From Patescibacteria group bacterium (GTDB taxonomy: Bacteria; Patescibacteriota; Patescibacteriia; UBA2591; UBA4787), in assembly GCA_028715115.1 (NCBI GenBank), contig JAQUSN010000001.1, forward strand, positions 3,314 to 67,313: DNA of 64,000 nt, in the 5' to 3' direction. The notes beneath the pieces were generated by a model. It was not told where the DNA came from, ran no database searches, and saw nothing but the letters and a program-made list of their open reading frames with translations. A program made the position numbers and the translations under genes. This document shows positions 35,638 to 43,371 of this stretch, in pieces; the first letter of the stretch is position 1; every line of letters begins with the position of its first letter.

Positions 35638-35820
35638 ATTAACACTCAGTCAGCCTATTAATATAATACACTAGGCTGAAAATTTTTCAATTGGAGCGGG
35701 TAACGGCCTGCCTGCCCTGACTGCCGTCAGGCGGGCGGTAGGCAGGGAATTGAATCTTTACTTGGGAAGTCCTAAAAGTTTTTGCAATCCGCCAAATTGC
35801 GGAGAAGTAGTGAATTTTTG

Positions 35821-35895
35821 TGGAGCGGGCGACCGGATTCGAACCGGCGACCTTCTGCTTGGGAAGCAGACATTCTACCACTGAACTACGCCCGC
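35821..35895 (-). tRNA. tRNA-Gly (anticodon CCC), CCA encoded
   Basis: rc = GCGGGCGTAGTTCAGTGGTAGAATGTCTGCTTCCCAAGCAGAAGGTCGCCGGTTCGAATCCGGTCGCCCGCTCCA. Confidence 0.85.
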
Positions 35896-35936
35896 TTAAT
35901 CAAAAGGGATATATCTTGGCTCGCAAAAAACCGGAT

Positions 35937-35968
35937 CCTCGAAAAAGATATTCACTGCCAACTGGCAG
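35937..35968 (-). terminator. putative intrinsic terminator downstream of def (CTGCCAGTTGGCAG plus TCTTTTTCG)
   Basis: 14-nt perfect palindrome at 35955-35968 followed by a U-rich tract on the minus strand. Confidence 0.35.
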
Positions 35969-36020
35969 ATCATTCTTTTCCGGGAGACGCATTCTGCCGT
36001 TGAACCATACCCGCCTAAAA

Positions 36021-36635
36021 TTATTTTTTAGAGCTATTCTTAATTTTTTTTAATTGTCCTCTTAATTTGGCTTTTTGATAAAAACTTAGTCTATCAATCA
36101 ATAATTTACCGACTAAATGATCCATCTCGTGTAAAATTACTCTAGCTAAAAGATCTTCAGCCCTAATAATGGTTTTTTGTCCGCTAGAAAAATCTATATT
36201 TTCAATTTCTATTTTTTCCGGCCGTTTGACTAATACGGATACTCCTGGCACGCTTAAACATCCTTCTTCTAATTTTTTGCATTTTTTTGACTTCTTAATT
36301 ATTTTGGGATTAATTAAAATAATCGGTCCTTCGCCAATATCAACGATGGCGATTTTTTTAGCCACTCCCACTTGATTAGCGGCTAGACCAACTCCATCAG
36401 CATCGCCTAAAGTCGCCAGCATATTGGCAATTAGTTTTCTCGCCTCATCGTCAATAGCTAAAACCGACTTAGCCGTCTGACGCAAAACTGGATGCCCATA
36501 AGCTACAATATCTAAAATTTGCGAGGTAAAATTTTTTATCTCGCTATTAATTATCGGTATAGCATTGATTCTCTTGCCTTTTGAGGATAAAGTCATAAGT
36601 AAATAATATATTAGCAAAATCTGCCGATTTGTCAA
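36021..36635 (-). CDS. def: peptide deformylase
   Basis: GLAANQVGV, EGCLSVPG and HEMDHL motifs. Confidence 0.85.
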   Translation of the reverse strand: MTNRQILLIYYLLMTLSSKGKRINAIPIINSEIKNFTSQILDIVAYGHPVLRQTAKSVLAIDDEARKLIANMLATLGDADGVGLAANQVGVAKKIAIVDIGEGPIILINPKIIKKSKKCKKLEEGCLSVPGVSVLVKRPEKIEIENIDFSSGQKTIIRAEDLLARVILHEMDHLVGKLLIDRLSFYQKAKLRGQLKKIKNSSKK

Positions 36636-36699
36636 AATTAGTTAGACAATTATCGACGTTGGGTATATACTTAAACTATTAAATAGTAATATAGATTTT

Positions 36700-37260
36700 A
36701 TGATTCTCTTTTGGGTCATTTTAATTGTCGTTGTTTTGTTTATTCTTTGGCTGATTGGCGTTTTTAATTCGTTGGTTATGGCTAAAAACCGAACCAATGA
36801 AGCTTGGGCTGACATAGAAGTACAATTAAAACGCCGCTATGATTTAATCCCCAATTTAGTTGAAACCGTCAAAGGCTATGCGACGCACGAACGTGAACTT
36901 TTTGAAAAGGTTACCTTGGCCCGCACTAAAGCTATGGGCGCACAAACCCTTAAAGAGCATGGCGAAGCGGAAAATATGCTAACCGGCACGCTGAAATCTT
37001 TATTCGCCGTAGCGGAAAATTATCCAGACCTTAAGGCCAACCAAAACTTTTTAGAATTACAAAGAGAATTAGTTGACGCTGAAGATAAAATCCAGGCTGC
37101 TCGCCGATTTTATAACAGCAACGTCAGAGACTTTAACACAAAAATAGAAATCTTCCCGAATCGCATTGTGGCTGGTTGGTTAAAATTCACTTCTCGCGAC
37201 TTCTTTGAACTGGGCGAAAATGACGCAGCCGCCAAAGAACCGGTTAAAGTAAAATTTTAA
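36700..37260 (+). CDS. lemA: LemA family protein
   Basis: N-terminal TM. NEAWADIEVQLKRRYDLIPNLVETVKGYATHERELFEKV. Confidence 0.8.
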   Translation: MILFWVILIVVVLFILWLIGVFNSLVMAKNRTNEAWADIEVQLKRRYDLIPNLVETVKGYATHERELFEKVTLARTKAMGAQTLKEHGEAENMLTGTLKSLFAVAENYPDLKANQNFLELQRELVDAEDKIQAARRFYNSNVRDFNTKIEIFPNRIVAGWLKFTSRDFFELGENDAAAKEPVKVKF

Positions 37261-37264
37261 TCAC

Positions 37265-38173
37265 ATGAATCTCTATAACAATATTTCTTCCAATATTCGC
37301 AAGACATGGTTGCTTATGACAATTTTTTTGATTTTGATTATCGGTATCGGCTATTGGTTGTCCTATGTTTATAATTCTTATGATATTTTGATTATTGCCG
37401 TTATTTTTAGCGTAGGTACCAGCTTTCTTTCCTATTGGTATTCTGATAAAATCGTGTTGGGCTTAAATAAAGCGCAGGAAATAAAAAAACAAGACGCACC
37501 CGAGCTTTATCGCTTGATTGAAAATCTCTGTATTACTGCCGGTTTGCCGACGCCAAAAGTATATGTTCTTGAAGAACCAGCTATGAATGCTTTTGCCACC
37601 GGACGAAATGCCCAACACGCGGTTATTGCGGTTACTCGCGGCCTATTAGAAAAGCTAGACAAAACCGAATTAGAAGGGGTTATTGCTCATGAATTATCAC
37701 ATATTGGCAATCGCGACATGTTACTGCAAACTGTAGTGGTAATTCTGGTTGGCATGCTTACTATGGCTTGTAATTTATTTTTTAGATTGAGTTTTTATGG
37801 GGGCCGACGGCGCTCTGACAATAACGAAGGTGGCGCGGCCGGCGCGATATTTTTAGTCTTGGGTTTGATTGCTATTATTCTAGCGCCGATTTTAGCCAGA
37901 TTGCTTAGTTTAGCTATTTCGCGCAAGAGAGAGTTTTTGGCTGACAGCTCCGGCGCCATGCTTACTCGCTATCCTGACGGCTTAGCCAGCGCTCTAGAAA
38001 AAATAGGCCAAGATCAAGCGCCGCTTAAAGTCGCTAATCCAGCTATGGCCCATCTTTACATCGACAATCCGTTTCACAATCAGCAAAAAATAAATTGGTT
38101 TAACAAGCTATTCCTGACTCACCCGCCGATGGAAGATCGAATCAGGGTTTTAAGGCAAATGAATATTCAATAA
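37265..38173 (+). CDS. htpX: M48 zinc metalloprotease HtpX
   Basis: HELSHIGNRDM (HExxH). Four TM helices. Confidence 0.85.
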   Translation: MNLYNNISSNIRKTWLLMTIFLILIIGIGYWLSYVYNSYDILIIAVIFSVGTSFLSYWYSDKIVLGLNKAQEIKKQDAPELYRLIENLCITAGLPTPKVYVLEEPAMNAFATGRNAQHAVIAVTRGLLEKLDKTELEGVIAHELSHIGNRDMLLQTVVVILVGMLTMACNLFFRLSFYGGRRRSDNNEGGAAGAIFLVLGLIAIILAPILARLLSLAISRKREFLADSSGAMLTRYPDGLASALEKIGQDQAPLKVANPAMAHLYIDNPFHNQQKINWFNKLFLTHPPMEDRIRVLRQMNIQ

Positions 38174-38265
38174 GGTGACCCTCCGACTCGCAAACTCGCT
38201 CCGGGTTATTTTAGCTCCGCTTAATACCCGCTGACTTGGCATTGAAGCTAAAATAAAAAATATAA

Positions 38266-38306
38266 AGTAAAACAAAAATCCTGAGTTAATCGGGATTTTT
38301 TGTTTA
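38266..38306 (+). terminator. intrinsic terminator after htpX
   Basis: AAATCCTGA-GTTAA-TCGGGATTT followed by TTTTGTTT. Confidence 0.45.
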
Positions 38307-38527
38307 GAAAATTTCTGGCGGGATAAACTTCGTTTCACTACACTTATCTCATCTTTCTGCTGTTAAACTTCACCAACACCTCATTAAGCGAAGTGTTAGC
38401 GGAGTTTAATGGCGAGACGTTCGGGTTAAGCGCCCCGATAGCAAAACTTTATAAGGGTATTTTAACGTTATTTTTGCTGAGATCCTAATGTTTACGGGTC
38501 GCAGCTAAAACAGAAAGAATATAAATA

Positions 38528-39256
38528 TTATAAGTTATCTTGAAATAATCCCGTTTTAAGTTGCATAATATATCTTTCCACAAGATCTATATTTTCCTTT
38601 GTCGCGATTATACTAGTGGGTGAGAACTTATAAATCTGGGATCTATTACTTAAAAGCTGGTTGAATAAATTTGACAGCTCTCTCGGTATGTTGTTATTTT
38701 TAGCTTCAATATTGACTAAAGATTGGGTGGCGCCGTGAGTTTTCGCACCTTTTATATTATTACCTTGTAGAGGATTTTTAAAAAGTGTAGCATGTAAAGC
38801 CTGTTCGAGAGCTTGAAATAAATTATATGCTTTAACCTTTTCGGTACTTACGGCCTTAGCGGACTTGATAAAATCTTCGGCTAATCTTATCTTTTCACAT
38901 GCATTTTTTTTGTTCGGGATAAAGTTAAAATAAATTGTCCAGTATTTGTTTATGGTGACCACAGCAATAAAACCAAAGTTGTCAAAAATTTCTTCAGGAA
39001 CCGATATATTCTTTATTTTATGTTTTGCTAGTTCTTGAGCGGTAATAGGAGCGCCGGGCACTAAAGGGCCACCCACCGAGGGATCAATAGTGATTTTAAG
39101 TTCGGTTTCTCCATTCAGGCGAATTTCTGTTTTTTCCGGTCTAAATATTATTAAAATTGCGTAAATAGGATCGGTAAAGTTGCGACGAGCAACTTCAGGC
39201 ATAATCCACAATTCATGGATTTGTCTGATTAAATTTTGAGTAGCGATAGTGTTCAT
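38528..39256 (-). CDS. hypothetical protein
   Basis: 242-aa ORF with host-like AT-rich composition. No recognisable motifs. Confidence 0.5.
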   Translation of the reverse strand: MNTIATQNLIRQIHELWIMPEVARRNFTDPIYAILIIFRPEKTEIRLNGETELKITIDPSVGGPLVPGAPITAQELAKHKIKNISVPEEIFDNFGFIAVVTINKYWTIYFNFIPNKKNACEKIRLAEDFIKSAKAVSTEKVKAYNLFQALEQALHATLFKNPLQGNNIKGAKTHGATQSLVNIEAKNNNIPRELSNLFNQLLSNRSQIYKFSPTSIIATKENIDLVERYIMQLKTGLFQDNL

Positions 39257-39335
39257 GTCCTAATTAACTACTGCGCCATGGAAAAAAATAATATTTAAAA
39301 ATAAAGATTCGGGTCATGCCGATAAAAAATTTTAA

Positions 39336-39409
39336 TGGCGGGGGTGGCAGGAATCGGACCCGCATTATCGGTTTTGGAGACCGGTGTTCTACCACTGAAC
39401 TACACCCCC
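39336..39409 (-). tRNA. tRNA-Trp (anticodon CCA), CCA encoded. Atypical T-loop TCCGATT and one C-A mismatch in the anticodon stem.
   Basis: rc = GGGGGTGTAGTTCAGTGGTAGAACACCGGTCTCCAAAACCGATAATGCGGGTCCGATTCCTGCCACCCCCGCCA. Confidence 0.7.
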
Positions 39410-39805
39410 GTATTTGATGGTTTTGCCTACCTGCCGCAGGAGACTAGTGCTCTGCTTCACCCCACCTAAACAAGCCGGGCAAATTTAACTACGCCCCCAG
39501 GCTGGTAGTACACTGTTTATTTAGTTTCCTTGTGAACAATATGCTTTCGGCAAGAACGGCAATATTTTTTCAATTGCAAACGCTCTTTGACGTTTTTTTT
39601 ATTTTTCGTGGAAAAATAATTAAGCCGATGGCATCCCGTACATTCTAATTTTATCAAATTTTCTTGACTCATAGAAAAATGGTTATGTATTAATAATATT
39701 TTCTAAAACTAAACCGTCCCCCTTAATTAAAGTAAAGCTCCGGAAAAATCATCTCGAGATTACTCGCTCGACCACCTCTCTTGAATTTTAGGACAAGTAA
39801 TATTC

Positions 39806-40459
39806 TTATTCTTTCTCGGGGTTAAAAATTTCTTGCGAGCCAGCTTCTATTTGGTTGTCCGGAGGGAAAGATCGAGAAAATTCAATTTGCTTACCAAGAA
39901 TATTGGCGAGCCTTTGTTTCCCATCTTCTGTAAAACTGCCCGTAAACCCCACCTTCCCTTTGTCCGCCTCTATTCCACGCAGTTCACCGAGATCACCGAA
40001 TTCGTAAACCTCCTTTAGCTTTTCCTCGGGTATGCCCAAAAGGAGAAACAGCTTCTCTACTTGCATTGTTTTAATCTTACCGGGGCCACCTGATGGTATA
40101 TGCACGGAATTGTATTCTGGAAAAACAAAAGCTCTACAAGGAACGCCAACCTTGGCGCTAGCCCGAAGATCGTCTAGAAACTTCTGGTCTTTCGCTTCTT
40201 CTTTTGCAATCCACTCTTCAGCAGCTTCATAATCTCTTTTTGTCGGCTGAGCGTCTTTATTTAGCGAGCCAATCGTTTTGTAATCAAACACTTTTCCGCT
40301 TGCTTCAACCTCCATTCTAACTGCCGCGAACGATCTTGCTATGGTTTCTACCCTCTTTTCTCTCGGCACTTTATACCATGGTACTATATTGGGTTCAGGC
40401 CTTCTGACCGTGTTCTCTGGTGATGATACCGCCTCATGTTTTCTAAAAGGATTAAACAT
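39806..40459 (-). CDS. hypothetical protein with intermediate GC (about 46%), located between tRNA genes
   Basis: 217-aa ORF. Composition differs from both the AT-rich host genes and the 55% GC cassettes. Confidence 0.5.
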   Translation of the reverse strand: MFNPFRKHEAVSSPENTVRRPEPNIVPWYKVPREKRVETIARSFAAVRMEVEASGKVFDYKTIGSLNKDAQPTKRDYEAAEEWIAKEEAKDQKFLDDLRASAKVGVPCRAFVFPEYNSVHIPSGGPGKIKTMQVEKLFLLLGIPEEKLKEVYEFGDLGELRGIEADKGKVGFTGSFTEDGKQRLANILGKQIEFSRSFPPDNQIEAGSQEIFNPEKE

Positions 40460-40544
40460 AGATTTAATAGTTTGATATTAATTTATAACTTCAACCTGGT
40501 CTATCTTATATTTCGACCTTTAAAATTAACATGCCCTTCCCATT

Positions 40545-40617
40545 AGCCGAGGGTCGGAATCGAACCGACAACCTATGGTTTACAAAACCATTGCTCTGCC
40601 TATTGAGCTACCTCGGC
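40545..40617 (-). tRNA. tRNA-Thr (anticodon UGU)
   Basis: rc = GCCGAGGTAGCTCAATAGGCAGAGCAATGGTTTTGTAAACCATAGGTTGTCGGTTCGATTCCGACCCTCGGCT. Confidence 0.85.
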
Positions 40618-40639
40618 ATAGTCAGCTCAGACTAAGGCG

Positions 40640-40760
40640 GACGGGCAGAGCCACTACCGCCCAGTTTTAAGAAAAACTGGAATAGGCTGTTGTCCCGACG
40701 TTTCAGTAGAAAAGTCGGGTCTCCGACCGAAAGCGTCGGAGAGCTAGGGCGGCATGCTCG
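40640..40760. repeat. copy B of the tRNA-associated repeat: hairpin CCAGTTTTAAGAAAAACTGG, hairpin-rich CCCGACG/GTCGGAG segment, and a tRNA-like 5' fragment GCCGCCCTAGCTC
   Basis: Homologous to 35483-35637 (shared CCCGACGTTT, GTCGGAGAGCTA, GGCAT). Degenerate CCTGCCCG-CCGCC motif directly upstream of the tRNA. Confidence 0.55.
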
Positions 40761-40832
40761 CGGTTACAAATCGCGTAACTATTTTTTTCTAGCCAATTTT
40801 CTTGTTTCCTGAATTATACCCATATAAATTCT

Positions 40833-40918
40833 GGTGGGCGGGGCAGGATTTGCACCTGCGAAGGCCGGAGGCCAACAGATTTACAGTCTGCTGCATTTGA
40901 CTACTTTGCTACCCGCCC
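40833..40918 (-). tRNA. tRNA-Tyr (anticodon GUA), class II with a long variable arm, CCA encoded
   Basis: rc = GGGCGGGTAGCAAAGTAGTCAAATGCAGCAGACTGTAAATCTGTTGGCCTCCGGCCTTCGCAGGTGCAAATCCTGCCCCGCCCACCA. Confidence 0.8.
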
Positions 40919-40931
40919 CAATTAACATCTA

Positions 40932-41004
40932 AGCCCGAGGTCGGATTTGAACCGACGACCTACTCCTTACCATGGAGTTGCTCTACCAGCTGAGCTACCC
41001 GGGC
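40932..41004 (-). tRNA. tRNA-Thr (anticodon GGU)
   Basis: rc = GCCCGGGTAGCTCAGCTGGTAGAGCAACTCCATGGTAAGGAGTAGGTCGTCGGTTCAAATCCGACCTCGGGCT. Confidence 0.85.
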
Positions 41005-41256
41005 ATGTTGTAAATATTGTTTTAAAATTTTCTGCTTTAATTTGGCGCTATATAAACTTTTAAAGTATTTTTCTTGTTCCATCGCTTCAACTCGTGTATC
41101 AAATGATTCTTGATGAATAACAATAAACGGCCTTCTATTTTTTGTCGATATTACCTGCCCACTATTATGTTTTTTAACTCTCGCCACTAGGTCATCAGTT
41201 TGCCCAACATATAATTTTTTATCTTTCAGGCTATATAAGATATAAACAAAATACAT
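40960..41256 (-). CDS. GIY-YIG domain endonuclease (small, URI-type). The 3' end of the ORF runs into the tRNA-Thr(GGU) gene.
   Basis: FVYILYSLKDKKLYVGQTDDLVARVKKHN...E matches GIY / YIG / R / H-N / E spacing. The last roughly 15 codons are tRNA sequence. Confidence 0.65.
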   Translation of the reverse strand: MYFVYILYSLKDKKLYVGQTDDLVARVKKHNSGQVISTKNRRPFIVIHQESFDTRVEAMEQEKYFKSLYSAKLKQKILKQYLQHARVAQLVEQLHGKE

Positions 41257-41279
41257 ATTTTGCTACTTGCTTTACCCTA

Positions 41280-41358
41280 ATTCGAGCTTATTAGATAAGC
41301 TCGAACGGGCCGTCCAGTTTTAAGAAAAACTGGAATAGGCCAGCTGAGCTACCCGGGC
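41280..41358. repeat. copy C of the tRNA-associated repeat plus an exact 19-nt duplicate of the tRNA-Thr(GGU) 5' end (GCCCGGGTAGCTCAGCTGG, with 2 nt of upstream flank)
   Basis: ttcgagcttattagataagctcgaacgggccgtccagttttaagaaaaactggaataggccagctgagctacccgggc. Confidence 0.7.
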
Positions 41359-41401
41359 ATAAAAACATGATTAAAAATTATAGCAGATATTCGTTAAAAA
41401 A

Positions 41402-41668
41402 TCAAGAGGTTTTCTTAGAAAAAACTTTCTTACAAAAAGCAGCAAATTTTGAACAACCGACTCTTGTATCCTTAAAAAATTTTTGCCACCAAGCTGCCCA
41501 CTCGCGCATAAACCTTTGCTGCATTAAATTCTTTTTAATTTCCGCTTGTAGTTCTGATCTGGTATCTAGCGGGATAGAGGCAACTAAAGGCAGTTTTTTG
41601 AAAATTATTGCCCAAATAATAATTAGCGCTCCAACTAAAATTATTAATAATAGAATATTGAAAATCAT
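41402..41668 (-). CDS. small membrane protein (N-terminal TM, basic C-terminus), co-directional with tpiA
   Basis: 88 aa. The overlapping antisense ORF 41367-41672 is judged spurious. Confidence 0.45.
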   Translation of the reverse strand: MIFNILLLIILVGALIIIWAIIFKKLPLVASIPLDTRSELQAEIKKNLMQQRFMREWAAWWQKFFKDTRVGCSKFAAFCKKVFSKKTS

Positions 41669-41678
41669 ATAATAATTA

Positions 41679-42461
41679 TTAAGAAATTATTCGGCACAAA
41701 CGAATGAATTCAGTGGGGTTCAGGCTGGCCGCTCCAACTAAAATTCCATCAATAGTGTCTTGTTCTAAAAACTTTTTAATGTTGTTGTGATTGATATTCC
41801 CACCGTAAACAAAATTGATATTATTGCGAACTATCGGCAAAGGATATAAATCAATCATCTTCTGCTTAATAACTCGATTAACGTATTCTGCTTCGTCGGC
41901 CAGAATGGTTTGCCCTGAACCGCTAACCCAAACCGGCTCATAGGCTAAAATTAATTTTTGGTGAACTTTTAATTTTACTCCATCCAACGCTTGGCCGACC
42001 TGCTCCATTATCTTATAATCACGAGCCCCGCTTTGTCTTTCGGTAAAGGTTTCGCCCACACAGACAATCGGTGTTAAGTCGTTATTAAGGGCGATTTTTA
42101 TTTTTTTATTAATCATTTCGCTCGTCTCTCCTAAATATTCCCGACGTTCAGAATGACCTACTAACACATACTGACAACCGATCTGTTTTAAAAATAACGG
42201 CGAAGTTTCACCGGTATACGATCCTCGTTCTTCCCAAAAACAATTTTGTGCGCCCAAAGCGATATTTAAACCGCCAATTTTGTTCTTTTTTATAATATTT
42301 TGCGCGCTAATTAAAGAAATAAGGTCGGGACAAAAAACTAAATCAAAATTTTTAATACTTTTGTTCTTTTTTAATTCTTTTAAAATATCGGCCAGTAAAA
42401 AATCCGTTTCCTTTGAAGAAATGTTCATCTTCCAATTCGCAATAATTATGGGTTGTTTCAT
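41679..42461 (-). CDS. tpiA: triosephosphate isomerase
   Basis: IIANWKMN, VGHSERR, GGASL-like motifs. Confidence 0.9.
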   Translation of the reverse strand: MKQPIIIANWKMNISSKETDFLLADILKELKKNKSIKNFDLVFCPDLISLISAQNIIKKNKIGGLNIALGAQNCFWEERGSYTGETSPLFLKQIGCQYVLVGHSERREYLGETSEMINKKIKIALNNDLTPIVCVGETFTERQSGARDYKIMEQVGQALDGVKLKVHQKLILAYEPVWVSGSGQTILADEAEYVNRVIKQKMIDLYPLPIVRNNINFVYGGNINHNNIKKFLEQDTIDGILVGAASLNPTEFIRLCRIIS

Positions 42462-42471
42462 AATAAATTAA

Positions 42472-43371
42472 TTATTTATTCTCAGCCGCCCAAACAGTCA
42501 AACCCTTAACCTCCTGAGCTCTATCTTGCTCGCTATTGGCGCCCAATAAAATAACTATAAAATCATTTTTTTGATATTCAGTAATGCCGGCAAAACAATA
42601 GCCCGCTTCTTCGAGATAACCAGTCTTACCCAAATTAACCGTTAAAAAACTATTCAAAAGCTTATTAGTATTTTTAACCTGATATGATTTGGTCCCTCCG
42701 CTGAGCGTAGTTTTAAAACTATATATTTTATTAGCTAAAGCTTCGGTTATCTCTTTTTTATCTTTTACTTCCATAATCAATTTGGCTAAATCTTGCGCGC
42801 TGGATAAATTGCCGGAATTAAGACCGGTTGGTTCGATAAAAATAGTTTGTTTCATTCCTAATCCTCCGGCCTTCTGATTCATCTGCCCGACAAAATTATT
42901 ACCGCAGCAAAATGGCGTTTGGCGAACTATGGTTTTAATAACATTATTGGCTGATTTAACCAGGGCGGCAGTAAACAAATCCTTTAAATTTATTTTCTCT
43001 CCGTCACTAAAAGCAATTTGCGACGGTTCCAAAGATTTGCCTTTTTGCTCTGAATCAGTATTATCTTCTTTTTTGTATTCTATCTGTAACGACCAATCGG
43101 GATTAGTCCCTAAAAAAATATCGGCAGTCATCAGTTTAGTTAAACTGGCAATCGGCAAAGGTTGTTCGATATTCTTGGCAAATAAAACTTTATTGGAAGA
43201 TAAGTCGATAACCAAAGCGCTTTTAGCAGTCAAATCAATGCCCAAACTCACGGGCTTATCTTCTATTTTATCAAAGCTGATGACTTGATTGACGAGCGTC
43301 GGTTGCGGCAATTGAGTCGATAAGTTCAGGGTTAGTAAACTGGCTAAAAAAAATAACAACATAATTAACAA
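42472..43371 (-). CDS. D-alanyl-D-alanine carboxypeptidase (S11 serine peptidase, PBP5/6-like)
   Basis: Signal peptide. SLTKLM (SxxK), KSANN (SxN), KTG-like motif. Confidence 0.8.
   Translation of the reverse strand: MLIMLLFFLASLLTLNLSTQLPQPTLVNQVISFDKIEDKPVSLGIDLTAKSALVIDLSSNKVLFAKNIEQPLPIASLTKLMTADIFLGTNPDWSLQIEYKKEDNTDSEQKGKSLEPSQIAFSDGEKINLKDLFTAALVKSANNVIKTIVRQTPFCCGNNFVGQMNQKAGGLGMKQTIFIEPTGLNSGNLSSAQDLAKLIMEVKDKKEITEALANKIYSFKTTLSGGTKSYQVKNTNKLLNSFLTVNLGKTGYLEEAGYCFAGITEYQKNDFIVILLGANSEQDRAQEVKGLTVWAAENK

Noticed and set aside
35960-36015. Additional tRNA (minus strand, GGCGGGTATGGTTCAACGGCAGAAT...)
   Set aside because: The acceptor and D-arm look tRNA-like but no anticodon arm or T-arm can be formed. 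The palindrome CTGCCAGTTGGCAG plus U tract is more simply the def terminator.
35310-36053. Plus-strand ORFs 35310-35642, 35782-36003, 35820-36053 and minus ORF 35687-35881
   Set aside because: They are translations of tRNA genes and repeat hairpins (typical VAGSNPV/GFEPAT-type artefacts). The region is a tRNA island.
39430-39500. tmRNA 5' end (GGGGGCGTAGTTAAATTTGCCCGG resembles GGGGCUGAUUCUGGAUUCGACGGG)
   Set aside because: There is no tRNA-like 3' domain within reach on the same strand without running through tRNA-Trp and a protein-coding gene. The sequence is better explained as a duplicate of the tRNA-Trp 5' end.
41402-41668. SecG assignment for the small membrane protein after tpiA
   Set aside because: tpiA-secG synteny suggested it, but the protein has a single TM and no Gly-rich SecG loop.
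41367-41672. Plus-strand 101-aa ORF
   Set aside because: It is fully antisense to a co-directionally arranged minus-strand membrane-protein ORF downstream of tpiA. No RBS. Judged spurious.
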